The notes below the pieces were generated by a model. It was not told the origin of the DNA, searched no databases, and saw only the letters and a list, made by a program, of their open reading frames with translations. Of a stretch of 64,000 nucleotides of DNA, positions 1-12,735 are shown in pieces. A program made the translations under genes and the position numbers. Numbering within the stretch: position 1 is the first letter of the stretch; the number at the start of each line of letters is the position of its first letter. Source of the stretch: the human T2T-CHM13v2.0 reference genome, Homo sapiens; NCBI RefSeq assembly GCF_009914755.1, contig NC_060928.1. The stretch is one strand, 5' to 3'.

Positions 1-1150
1 GATTTATAGAGTGACTTCTATATTCAGGTTCATGTATTTGTTACTAATTGTAGCCACTCACTTCACATCCCTTCCCATCCTTACTTTTGCCAGAATTGTA
101 ATAAGTGTTCATTTGAATTTCACCTATTTCCATTGATCATTACTAGCGGACACATCTTTAGATGTGAAAAAGTCAAAAGGAAGGATAATGAAGAAAAACA
201 GTGATTCTAAATTGTTAAACAAGAGACCTTTGTATAGTGGAATTTAGTATTATGATTCTATCTGATGTTAAAAACCATTTGAAAAGGGACAGGAGATTAA
301 CATTTTGTCTAATCTAGCAACTTGAATTGAAAAAGTTTTATCATGACTATGACCATATATGATACCAATCATTATCAGTATCTTGGCTTTTCATTTTATA
401 TTTTAATTGCTATAATTATAACGCTGGACAATTAAAAATTACCTTTTCAATAAAGCTGGAAACAAAAGGAAAAAATTGTCTATCAGAGATGATCTAAATT
501 CACATTTTCTCTGTAGAGTCTTGGAATTTACTGTTTTATAAAAAGCAGTCTCCAAGGATTATGTTTTCTCTTTGGATGGGTGTTGGTTTCAGCTAACCTC
601 AAGGAGACTTCGGTGATTCACGATTCACCTGGTTTTCTCCATAAAATAATTGGGAAGAAACTGCTATGAACCTCATGACATTAAATTGGTTAAGAAAAAA
701 ATCTTAACTATTAATATACTAAGTGTACATTTTCTTAAAAAAGTGACTTTGTTAGTTTCAAATATTTTTAATAACACACTTAATGCTTATAGAGTTGATT
801 TATCACCAATAGTGTTGCTTAGTAAATGTCTTTTGAAGATGTTTTTAATGCAAAGATAAGGATTCATCTAAGATACACAAATCTAAGTTCATACATGGAC
901 TAACTCTTCAAGTCATTATTGTTTTTCTAGAGGCCAAAAAACTTAGTTGGACCTGTAGATATTTTTATTGAAATGAAACAGTGTTACCAAGAAAAATTGC
1001 TTTACCATTTCAGTACTTTATCCAGTCTTCCCTAATCAGTTTAGCACATTCACTTGCATGGTTGATAAAGACAGCGTTTGCTAAAAAAGTTAAAATGAAG
1101 GTAATCTGGAGAAATTATTCTAAATTTGAAATTTATTTTAAACTATTAAT

Positions 1151-1156
1151 AATAAA
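1151..1156 (+). terminator. Candidate polyadenylation signal (AATAAA) ending an AT-rich, 3'UTR-like segment
   Basis: AATAAA followed by GT/T-rich sequence (ttgtg, then T tracts 1210-1262); no repeat recognised in 1-1300. Motif only, no transcript evidence. Confidence 0.25.
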
Positions 1157-1305
1157 AAAACCTTTTATTTGTATCCTTATTGTGAATACAATACTTTCAT
1201 ATACTATAATTCTCTTTTTTTGGTCTTTTATCTCTTTTTTTTAAATTTTTTTTTTATTTTTTCCTTATAGCATTTTGTTGTGACTGTAATACCTCTGATG
1301 GAACC

Positions 1306-1713
1306 TGTCTTAGTCCATTTTCTGGTGCTACAACAGAGTATTACAGACTGGGTAGTTTATAAAGAAAAGATGTTTATTTGGCTTATGGTTCTGGAGTCAG
1401 GGAAGTCCAAAGGCATAGTACTAGTGTCTGCTCAGCCATTGATGAGGGCCTCCTTGTTGTGTCATCCCATGGCAGAAAGCAGAAAGGCAAGTGACAAATG
1501 CAAGAGAAAGAGAAAGAATAGAAAATAACTTACCCTTTCATCAGGAGCACACTCCCATTATAACTAACCCACTCCCCCAACAACAGCATAAATTTATTCA
1601 TGAAGGCAGAGCCTTCAGGACCTAATTGTCTCTTAAAGGTCCCACTTGTCAATACTCTTATAATGGCAATTAAATTTCAACATGATTTTGGAGGGGACAG
1701 TCAAACCATATCA
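1306..1713 (-). mobile_element. MaLR LTR, MST family (MSTB/MSTC-like) solo LTR
   Basis: tgtcttagtcc...ggggacagtcaaaccatatca termini; perfect 5-bp TSD gaacc (1301-1305, 1714-1718). Confidence 0.85.
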
Positions 1714-2203
1714 GAACCTTAATATACAGCTCATATTGAGGGAAGTTTTTAGGGAAAAACTTGAGCAGACCACAAAAACTTCAGATACATAAGGACAACA
1801 TAAATGGCTTATTTAGCCATGCTCTGTGGTGCTTCATACTATTAGCATTTAGCTATTTGGTTTACTCTAATTTCTTAAAAAAATAGAAATTGTATTTATT
1901 CTCAAAATGGCAAAACTATGATATAAAAATTTACAAGGCAACAATTCAGCCTGTTACAAATAATTAATACCATTGTGTGTCAACATGTCACTTAGAAATA
2001 AAAAATATTATTAGCTGTTTCTTCTAACCCACAGTAGCCTTATTAAAAGCAGATGATATAAACCTTGGATACATGAGGCCAGGATGCATTTGACTGGCAC
2101 AGATCATTGCTCTAAAGAGCAACTGATGCAGGACTACCTTCTGGACCATACTATATGCAAGGCCATTTTCTACTATACTGTGCTTAAGAAATGTATGAAG
2201 CTA

Positions 2204-2541
2204 GGCTGGGCGTGGTGGCTCACGCTTGTATCCCAGAACTTTGGGAGGCCAAGGTTGGTGGATCTCCTGAGGTCAGGAGTTAGAGATCAGCCTGGCCAAC
2301 ATGGTGAAACTCTGTCTCTACTAAAAATACAAGAATTAGCTGGGCATAGTGGCATGGGCCTGTAATCCCAGCTACTCGGGAGGCTGAGACAGGATAATTA
2401 CTTGAACCTGGGAGACAGAGGTTGTGGCAAGCCGAGATCGCACCAGCTTGGGTGACAGAGTGAGACTCCATCTTAAAATAAAATAAAATAAAATAAAATA
2501 AAATAAAATAAAATAAAATAAAATAAAACAAAACAAAATAA
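2204..2541 (+). mobile_element. AluS, full length, with (AAAAT)n tail
   Basis: ggctgggcgtggtggctcac start, dimeric body, TSD aaatgt(a/g)tgaagc. Confidence 0.95.
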
Positions 2542-3621
2542 ATGTGTGAAGCCCATATAATGTTGAATGACTTTGTAAACCCAAGCACAATAAGATGCTA
2601 TGTAGAAATTGTCAGTCATCATTTATTTCTGCCAACTTTCCAAGTTCCTATGCCAATCATTGGGAAGAAGATTACATATACACTTTATGACTTCTTAGCT
2701 GACAGGAATATGCTGGTGTGGAAATACTTTCATGGTTCTGTAACATCATTGGAAAAACTTAAGGCTGAGTAATCCATAAGTAAAAGTGCATTTTCACAGG
2801 GCAAAAAAGGCAGAGTTACCAGTAAGTTGTCAATTTCATGACCACCGTTTTGCCTTTTTAATTTGGGTTTAGGACATTCTTTTCATTTTCCAAAAGACTT
2901 CACATGACTAATTAGGAGGATTTTGCCATAAACTCAGAAGGCAAAGCTGTTCAAAAAGATCACTGTATGCTTTTCTTGACTTTGAGTCAACAGCAAGGAA
3001 TTTTCTGGTCCTTTGAATTGGTAGCTGGCTTTCCAGTAGTTTTCCAATGCAGTAAACCTAATTCACCCCACTTATTTTAAAAGATATCCACTCTGTGTCT
3101 CTCACACATATACTGGATCTCTTCCTGTGTTCCCTAGGGGGCAGGTATGATGGACTACTGTATTTCCAGGCCTATAGTTCTTTGTGCTGTTAGAGCTCTG
3201 TATTCTTTTAGTCCACTGGCCCAGGGCCCAATGAGACTCTCTGATCAGCATGAGGGCTGGATTCTGAACATTCGTTCCTGACACCAGAATGCCTCATCAA
3301 TCTTTTATCCAATAGGAGCCTTGCCAGTGCCAATTCACTCATGGAAAAATATTAGCTCATTTCTTCTATTCTTGTCTACTGCATTCTTCTCCCTCCCCTG
3401 CTCCCATATCTCCAGGGACCTAAGAGGGTGTTCCACTGATTGCTATAATGATAGTAATAGGCAATATTTATTGAGCACTTACAATGGGCCAGACAATCCA
3501 AGAACTCCACACATTGAGCAAGAATGCTTCCTTAGGCCTAGCTGTCAACACTCCCACTGCCACTTCTGTGCCATCATGCCCATGCCATGGGGGGCTGAGG
3601 CCCCAAGCTAACAGTTCTCCT

Positions 3622-3805
3622 GGGGTAAGTTTGCCAGATTTCACAAATATAAATATAGGAAGCCCAGTTACATTTGAATTTCAGAGAAACAGTGGAAAAA
3701 ATGTATGTCCCAAATATTGAATGGGACATACTTATAATACAAATCATTTATGTTTACTTGAAATACAAATTTAATTGGGCTTCCTGTTGTTTACCTTGCA
3801 GCCCT
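3622..3805. mobile_element. MER53-like hAT MITE (imperfect palindrome)
   Basis: ttgccagatt...cccagttacatttgaatttcaga...tgtcccaaatattgaatgggaca...; self-complementary arms. Confidence 0.7.
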
Positions 3806-4066
3806 GTTTGGTACTGTCTGTACTACATCTGTAGAAGTGAGCCACAAACCCCAATGTGCCCAGGTTTCTCCTCATTCATCCGGATGTTTGAGGTTGGGTC
3901 CCAGGAAATGAAGCAGAGAAAAAAAACACTGGTGTCTGATTTCCTCTTCTCCTCCCCTCCCCGACTTCTTGTACTTTCAACTCCATCCACCACATATCTG
4001 TGTCCCTACTCCAGGTGTAAGTAGATGCCCAGTATACATAAAATCTGTGATCTAGTCAGCCAGTCC

Positions 4067-4368
4067 TATTTATTTTTATTTTATTGAGACAGGGTCTTTC
4101 TCTGTTGCCCAGGCTGGAGTGCAGTGGCACGATCATGGCTCAATGCAGCCTCAACTAGGCTCAAGCGATCCTCCCATCTCAGCCTGTCTAGTAGCTGGAA
4201 GTACATGTGTGCTCCTCCACACCCAGCTAACTTTTAAAAAATTAGTACTTGTGGAGACAAGTTCTCACTGTGTTTCCCATGCTGGTCTTGAACTCCTGGG
4301 CTCAAGCAGTCCTTCTGCCTTGGCCTCCTAAAGTGCTGGGATTACAGATGTGAGGCACCTTACCTGGC
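4067..4368 (-). mobile_element. AluJ
   Basis: gagacagggtct...aaagtgctgggattacag; J-type ggctcaagcgatcctccc. Confidence 0.92.
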
Positions 4369-6149
4369 ATCAAGAATTATTTTCTTGCTGTTGATTTGGA
4401 AAGCTTATTTGGATGCCAGAAACTAAATATTAACTCTTTTGCATTCCTGTTGCTTTACTTTGATCTCTCCCTGGTACCCTTGCAGATCAATGGCTCTCTG
4501 GCTAATAAGATACCAAGAAATGCAAAAGAGAAATGCATACTGATGTATTTGTGAGGAGGAGGATTTTGCAAATTAAATTATATGCATGTTTTAGCATTGT
4601 CTGTCTTCCCCTTTTTTACCACCCTAATCTAGAATTTAATCTTCATGAGCATATAGACCCTAACCTGGGAATGCTAAAACAGGGCCAGGCACTGCCTAGT
4701 AAAAATGTGTTGAGTGACTTTTCCAGTGAGGAAAATGAGACTTAGGAGGTTAGTTTGCCCCATTTGCACCCCAGAGCTGGGCTTCACATGTTGATCTGAC
4801 TAATTCGTGAGCCCTGGCACATCACTGGTATGTATTTCTGCCTATCCGCTGTCTAGCAGTTCATACAGTTTGTGTGTGGTATGTTTTTCCTCTTGAAGTT
4901 TGGTTTCAGTGTGGAAAAAGCAAAAACAAGAAATACATTTCTTCTTTAGCTCAACAAAAGGGATTTTTCAACACTAGCAACAAAAGGTAAAGGAAAAACT
5001 GAAGAAAAACAAAAAGAATCTCAAAAGCACAGAACCATCATGTTTATAAAATACTGCTTTCTAATTGTACAATGACCAAAGATCTTTTTATTCTGCATCT
5101 TGTCTGAGAGTCCAATGCGAATGCCGTGATCTTGAGATAATAATTTCTTGCATAGGGCCACACATAGCCTATGGGAAGAGGCACCTTTTGCTGGTCAGAC
5201 ATGGTGCAGCTCCATGGCACACAGCCTGGTAGGAGGAGCGCAGACTGAATCTTAGCTGCACTTGCTGCTCTGGCCAGGCACCCTCATGGACTGGACAGCC
5301 CACACCTCTATAAGTAATGGCCTTTTCTTGGCATATCTGGCCCTCCTTCTCTGAGGTAGTGGGAGTTAGGACTCTAACATATGTTTTTGCTGGGGACACA
5401 ATTCAACTTATAGCAGGTTGCTAAAAGAGTTAAGTATGGTAACTTATATGAAGCACCAAACAGAAATCCTGGAATATAAGAACTACTTAATACTTAGCAG
5501 ATATTATAGTTATTAATGATTTGTCCTCTGCTCTTTTGGAATGGTTACTTTGGGATTAAATGGACATATGTATAGACGACCTATGCATATGTATAAATAA
5601 AAGTGTGTAAATATCAGAAAATGTTAGACACAAGAATCAATTATTGAAGATCAAAGAGAGACTTTATGCATATGTTTGGGGTGGAGGGGTGGAACAGAGC
5701 AGGGATACAGGATAGATGGTGAATACATGTGATAGAATGTGTCCGGATTGACTGATTTTGGGTTAACACTCCATTTAACTTCACTTTGGAAACAGGTCAA
5801 AGGGAGACAGAAAGGGAATCACACTTTACCCCTTAACAATATAATTCATGTCAGAAATAGTCAGAACTTTTTTCTTTGATTTTGATGACAGAAAAACTCA
5901 AACTATAATTATTCAACAAACAGCATTGCTGGGGAAACGTTTACTGGAGTAACAGTTTGAAGCCTCTGTGGGGTTTAAAATGGTACACTTTCTGTGGCAC
6001 CTTAGGCTTCCATGTGTTATTTGAAGAGAAATTCTCACTGTTAATGTAACCAGAAAGAAGAAAATTATATTTGTTAGGTTATGAAGAGAGACATATTATT
6101 TGATCTTGAACTCTCCCCTTCAGGACATCCTTCATGGAGGCTGTACACC

Positions 6150-6340
6150 TAAGACAATGAAATGGAATGCATGAAAAAGAGGGGAGCCTTCAATAACAGG
6201 AGGGTTGTTTGTAAGAATCTGATCTCCATTAAGAATAGGGCCAGAGGAAATACATTTGAATTGCAGAAGGAAGAATTTAGGCTAGATCCAAATGCTCTCT
6301 GACTGCATGGGTAACCAGTGAAATAGGTGCCCACCATCTA
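6150..6340 (+). mobile_element. L3/CR1 LINE fragment (ancient)
   Basis: agggccagaggaaatacatttgaattgcagaaggaagaatttaggctaga resembles the CR1/L3 3' region. Confidence 0.45.
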
Positions 6341-6893
6341 TTATGTGGTGGATGTAACCAGTACATTAGTTGTAAAATAGAGGCTAAACAATACCTTTTT
6401 AAGGGAGATCTGTAAAATTTTGATAGAAATAGCATTGCTAAAATTCAAAAATCATAAGGCCTTCTGAATATTCTAACCAACATGTAAATTTGCATTCCCT
6501 TACTCACTTTTCCAAGATCACTCTTAATTTTTTTCTAAATAATCCCTCTAATTATTATTACTCAATTCAGTAATATAGTATACTTTTAAAAAATGTATTG
6601 TTGGGTTTGACTAAATTGATCAAATTGAAAGTTAATTTTGGTGTTGTAAAGACATGATCTTGTAATGTTCCCACTCAAAGATGTCTATTAAAGTCATACC
6701 AAAGAAAAATAGAAAATGGAAAGAAGAATTCCAAATATTAGAATTAAGATCTAAATCCTGATTTCCCCAGGGACAGCTGGATTTCTTTGAGAATGAGTTG
6801 TTCCATTCTTTTTATTTTTGCAAAACTGATTTCAAGGAACCTTTCTAGTAAGAAACCATTCTTGTTTTGTTTTGGAAGGTATGAGAAAAAAAA

Positions 6894-7196
6894 TTTTTTT
6901 TTTGAGACAAAGTCTTGTTCTGTCACCCAGGTTGGAGTGCAGTGGTGCCATCATAGCTTACCATAGCTTCAAACTTTCAAACTCTTGGGCTCAAGCAATC
7001 CTCTCACTTTAGCCTCCTAAGTAGTTGGGATGATAGGTCCATACCACCATGCCTGGCTAATTTTATTTTATTTTTTATGTAGAGACAGGGTCTTGCTATG
7101 TTGCGCAGCCTGGTCTCAAACTCCTGGCATCAAGTGATCTTCCTACCTTAGCTTCCCAAAGCTTGTGATTATAGGAATGAGCCACTGAACCCATCC
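6894..7196 (-). mobile_element. AluJ
   Basis: polyT followed by gagacaaagtcttg..., dimeric; TSD tgagaaaa. Confidence 0.92.
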
Positions 7197-8106
7197 TGAG
7201 AAAATTTTGAACCATGTTCGTGAGGGGTGAGCAGAAGGAGGAGCTGCTCTCTCCATATGGATTGTATTGTCGATTGAGACAGGCACATAATTGCACAAAT
7301 TTTCTTTTCACTTTGCCTAAGAAGACATTTTCAATGTAAGTCTATAAGGAATCAAACGTGGTTATCAAACCAGTCCACTTCCAGAAGGGACTCCATATCC
7401 AAAGGAATCCTGACATATAATAAGAACAAAAATGTTCAAAGTATAACATTAGCCTTGATTTCTAGCAATGTTGCCAAGTTCATCTGAAAGCTCTGTTACT
7501 ATAAATCACTTAGATAAGCTAAAATATAATAAGCATGCTTTTAAATGCTACAAAGAAAGTAAGGAAAATACCCTGCAAACTGATCTTTTGATGGCTATGG
7601 GTTTTTTTTTTGTCAGTATAATTAACAATGGGTTTGGATTTTAATGGCCATGAAAGTACAAGAGACAAATCTTTGGGCCCATGAAAGGCAGAAATTTAGG
7701 CCTAAGACCCTTAAATAAAGAACTTTTGAATTACTGTAGATCTGTGAAGCGGGGGAACTGAAAATGTTTATCTTCTCCCAGTAGGAGACAAACTTTTGTG
7801 CTTGGCCTGATCTACTAGGAAAAGAGGAAGCAAAGGAAAATCCTGAGGATATTAGAAAACCTGAACCCTAGGCTGCTCTCACTCAGGTTTAGGGTTTGAG
7901 TTTTTACTATCTGGATGACACCTAGGTTCTCCACAAAATAATGTAAAAAGCATTCTCAGGTTGATAACAATACTGGTGCCCCCTAATATGAGTGACTAAA
8001 AGCCTTCTCTAGGAAGACCTATTTTCAACCTAGGTTGCACAGGAGTCCTATAGGTAATGTGCCACCCAACATGAACTCACAATTCTAAATTACAAAATAC
8101 AGGAAA

Positions 8107-8447
8107 GGCAGGGCATGCTGGCATATGCCTGTAATCCCAGCACTTTAGGAGGCCCAGGCAGGAGGATCACTTGAGCCCAGGAGTTTGAGACCTGCCTGGG
8201 CAACATACTGAAACATGTAGAGACAGCAACATGCTGTCTCCACAAAAAATACAAAAATTAGCCAGGTATGGTGGCATGCACCTGTAGTCCCAGCTACTTG
8301 GGAGGCTGAAGTGAGAGAATCACCTAAGCCTGGGAGGTAGATGCTATGGTAAGCCATGATCATGCCACTGTACTCCAGCCTGGGTGACAGAGTGAGACCC
8401 TGTCTCAAAAAAAAAAAAAAAAAAAAAAAGAGAGAGAGAGAGGAGAG
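8107..8447 (+). mobile_element. AluJ with polyA and (AG)n tail; contains a small foldback insertion
   Basis: ggcagggcatgctggc...gaccctgtctc(A)n; TSD aaaatacagg. Confidence 0.92.
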
Positions 8448-8545
8448 AAAATACAGGGAAAAACAATCTATAGTCATCAGAAAAAACAGCCACTATAATT
8501 AGATCCTCATTTAGAAAGAGACTAGAAAATAGTATGTTTACAAAG

Positions 8546-8735
8546 GTGAAAATAATAGACAGTGGGGACTCCAAAAGGGCAAGATTTGAAAAACTTCCTA
8601 AACTACCTAGTGGGTACAATGTTCATGATTTGGATCATGGGTTCAGTAGAAGCCCAAACCCCAGCATGATGCAGTACCACCATGTGACAAACTTGCACGG
8701 GTACCACTGGAATCTAAAATAATTTTTAAAAAGAA
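8546..8735 (+). mobile_element. L1PB-type 3' end (5'-truncated)
   Basis: aatagacagtggggactccaaaaggg...gggtacaatgttca...ccatgtgacaaacttgcac...aatctaaaataa; flanked by repeated agtatgttta. Confidence 0.75.
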
Positions 8736-9787
8736 AAGAAGTATGTTTAAAATTGTTAAAGAGAAAAGGCAAACAGAGTTCTGCTGATGGGCAAAGGGGT
8801 ACTGCATGTTATTTGGGGGACCACTTCCTGTGGCATAGGCTGGGGTTCAAGCAGGGGAACTGAGCATGGGAGTGGGCAGGGCTCCTGGCCTTTGACTGTG
8901 GACCAGCGGGCAAAGGGAAGTTTCAGTCTGTACTCCAGCTGAAAGTGAGTTTGGAAAGCAGACTGATTAATTCCAAAAGGGTAGAAACAGCAAGAACCCA
9001 ATGAAAGTGAAGCATGACAAACCCAATGAATTTAGAAGGTGGAAGATGTGGTGTGTACTCTAAGGCAAAAATACACAAATATAAGTACCTGTTTATAAGT
9101 CACCTTTAGAGAAGTCTGTGATTGGAAGCTTGCTGGGGCAATAGTCAGAGGTATTGCTTTGCCTGTAAAGTGAAGCCAGATCCAATAAAAGAGACTATGC
9201 TGGGGCATTAATAGCAAATTTCAATGCCTTGAACCATAGATATTTAACTAGAGTTGGTTTCTCTCATCCCTGCCCCAGGAATGTCTGCCCTTTGTTATGT
9301 GAGTATAAGAGGCAAAACTTCCAGGGTCTTCTGTCTGATCATCTTCCCAATGAATGGGACAGAAAGTTTCTTAGCACTAGAATTGGGCCTTGATGTTTTA
9401 TCATAGTATGAATTAGTGTCATGCCAGGTCTGTAGGTAATACATCACCATGCAAGGAGGTGTGTTGAAGACATGTGATGGTTACTTTCATCTACATTCAA
9501 CTGTTTGGAACTTTTTGGTACCTGTTTTTTGATAAGGAATGGAATAGTCAATTAAATAAATAAAATCAATTCAAACTGTTTGCTTAAGAAACTTCCAGAT
9601 TTCCAGACAGGAATCACTTGTCTTCACGGACAAAATCCAACTTAGAGGTAAAAGCCAGATTAGCATAACTTGATGAGGATCCATATAGTGGTTGCACATT
9701 GTGATGTTGTCAAATGAAGCATTCTAGTTGAGTAGGAAGAATTTAGAGCCAGTATCATGGGATCTGGAAAATCAGCCAGCAGTAATT

Positions 9788-10092
9788 TTTCCCTCCCTCC
9801 CTCCCTCTTTCTATCTACTTTACAGGTCCTTCTTTCCTTTCTTCCTTCTTTCCTTCCTTCCTTATTCCCTTTCTTTCTTCCTTCCTTCCTTCCTCCCCCC
9901 CTCCCTCCCTCCTTCCCTTCCTTCCTTCCTTCCTTCCTCTTTCATGTTTCCTGACATCTATAAAAGGGAGATTCCTCTTCCTCTTCCTCCCCTTACTCCT
10001 CCTTCTCCTCCCTCTCCTCCCTTCCTTCTCCTCCTTCTTCCTCCTCTCCTGTCTCTTCCCACTCCCTCCATCCCGGTCATTCCTTTTCTCTC
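9788..10092 (+). repeat. Polypyrimidine low-complexity tract ((CCTT)n/(CCT)n)
   Basis: About 300 bp almost entirely C/T on the + strand. Confidence 0.9.
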
Positions 10093-11074
10093 AGTATCTG
10101 TCTTTGTGGATAACACTTTCTACCCACTTTCTACCCATTCGCCGGTATCTGCTGAATGCTGGCCTCAGCCCATGTGTCTACATGACCTTCCAGCCCAGCT
10201 CCCCAGAGTTTACCGTGTGCCACACTCTAGGTTTCGGTTCTGTCAGGTGCCTCCTCCTGTCTGAGGCAGGCATGGAGGGAGTGGAAACTAGTCATAGTCC
10301 TAAAATGTATAGAAAGGGAGAGAGTAGAGTTTCTTTTTACCTTCTTGAGTAGAAATACAGCCACTCTTTGCTCTGCAGGATAATTTTCAAGCTACCCTAT
10401 ATGTTTAAGGCAGCTGGGCATCTCAGAGTGCTGTGTGATTTATTTGTACAGATTCACGTAACACTACCCTGTTCTCTTAGATTTGGTTGAAGCTGGTGGT
10501 CTTTGTTATAGCTTGTGGTTCATGATTTATCTGAGGATTACATGAGGAATTTTTTCTCTAATGGTGTGGTAAAGGGCAGAGGAGGATCTCCCTTTTACAG
10601 ATATCAGAAAGCATGAAAAAAATAGAATTGGATTTAATGCTTTGCAGATATTCTGTTTTTCTTCCCAATTATTTGATTTCACCTATATACATATTCTTTT
10701 CTCTTTTTCCTAGCTTTAGAAGCAAACCAACAAAAGCAGTTTGGACTTTAGTAACTTTTTTTTACAGCAGCATTTAGAACAGTTTGCATGTTCTGAGGAA
10801 TATTATATGTGTGTTGGGGGGAAAGGAATTCACACTGAATAAATTTTAGAAATAATTAAACAAAATAAAGCAAGTTCCTTTACTGCAAGACTTCTCTGAT
10901 CCTTTAATATACTAATAGACTTTGTGATACTCCAAATTGTAAAGATAGTTCTCCCAAACTTATTTGACCTTCCAAAAAACATAGTCATGAAAACAGAAGC
11001 TTTTAAGCTTGTTGTGTTTACCAATGCAAGTTCTGCTGCTCTTCTGACCCAAGAGATTGTCTGATCCTGTGCTG

Positions 11075-11680
11075 GATTAATCTCAGTGACATAGCCCGCC
11101 CTGTACACTCTGCTGTGTGATGCAGGGGCCAAGACTCTGAAAAGTGCATTTCGCTCTGGTCGGTGAGCTTCCTCTTAGGATGCCCTATAGGGACTCTGGA
11201 CTGCAGGAGGAGGGATGGGGATTTTCCTTCTTTCTGTTTGCTTGCTGTTTCTAGGTGTCACCCTATCAGTGGCCTTTCTCTGGGCAGCACTAGTCATCTT
11301 CTGTCTTCAGCTTCTTTCCTTGCTCTTAGAACCTCACTGCAATCTGTCTGAAGGAGCAGTGGACTCCAGCTAGTGCCTCTGTCGGAGGTCAGAGCCCCAG
11401 ATCCAGGAAACCTGTCCTACAAGCTCCTGATGTATCAGGAATGACTTGGCAGTGGCCCCACCTCAAGACATGGGTCCCTACTCTATGAGGCTCTCATCTA
11501 ACTTACAGTTCTGGAAACTCCAACCTCTTCCCTAAGAGTGGTAGTTGCTTCTTACTTATCTCTGTTATCTTAGTGCCTCTTTGCTTTTTAGCCTTTCAAC
11601 ATCTGTAATAAACTTCCCATATCAAATTCCCTCTGTTAAAATACCTAGTGTGGTGTCCATTTTCTCGACCGGACCTCGAT
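11075..11680 (+). mobile_element. LTR33-like ERVL LTR
   Basis: gtgtgatgcaggggccaagactctg near the 5' end; aaattccctctgttaaaatacctagtgtggtgtccattttctcgaccggacc at the 3' end. Confidence 0.55.
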
Positions 11681-12147
11681 GGAAAAGAATGCAGTCCTCC
11701 AAGGGAGTGGCTCTGAGATGGGGCCAGGGTGGGAAGGTGGGTAGAGGAGACAGTGGAGGAGAAGCCTTGAATTCTTTCCTTGAATCTAAAGCAGTGTTTT
11801 TCAAATGTTAGAAATTTAAGGAACTCAGAGGAATTTCATTTCAAAAATTTTACAATATCCCTTGAGATAATAGGATATGATCTGGGGGGTGGTAAAAAGT
11901 AGAATTATTAATTTCTTTTTGATTTAAGGTGTTATGTTATTGCACAAGTTTAGTAAAAAGGGAACTAAAGGAATCCTTTCTCAGGCCTCTATTTGCCACA
12001 ACTGTAAACCACATATTTGAAGAAAGGGGAAGGAGATCGTGTGACTTGGTAAAGTATTGGAATCAGGAGTGAAGTGCAAGCAATACGTTCTAAATGGAAT
12101 TTCCAAAGATACATTTTAAAATATTTGGTTTAATAAATAACTAAATT

Positions 12148-12450
<303 letters not shown>

Positions 12451-12716
12451 AAATAACTAAATTAAGTCTCAGGTTCGTAAATATTAGTGATCATTAGGAT
12501 CATCTGGGGAGCACTAAAACTCCACATTGCTGAGTTTGATCCCAGGCCCAGGGGTTCAGGCTGGGGTCTTAGTTGAGATGCTAGGATTGGGATCCTAGGA
12601 ATTGATATTTTTTGAAAAACCACCTTATGCGATCAAAGAAATCCAATGATTAACAGATTTAGGATTCACTATTATATAGAATAAAAATCTTTTAATTATA
12701 AATGCATATATATCTA

Positions 12717-12735
12717 TGTGTGTGTGTGTGTGTGT
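12717..12735. repeat. (TG)n microsatellite
   Basis: Direct reading. Confidence 0.85.

Noticed and set aside
1240-1272. Polypyrimidine tract plus tag as a splice acceptor
   Set aside because: No coherent downstream exon; it runs into an LTR and fits equally well as a T-rich element downstream of a polyA signal.
3622-3805. Long hairpin as a miRNA precursor
   Set aside because: Explained by the MER53 MITE palindrome; no expression evidence.
9728-10264. Longest ORF (178 aa, P/S/L/F-rich)
   Set aside because: It is the translation of the polypyrimidine tract, with a non-ATG start and no domain.
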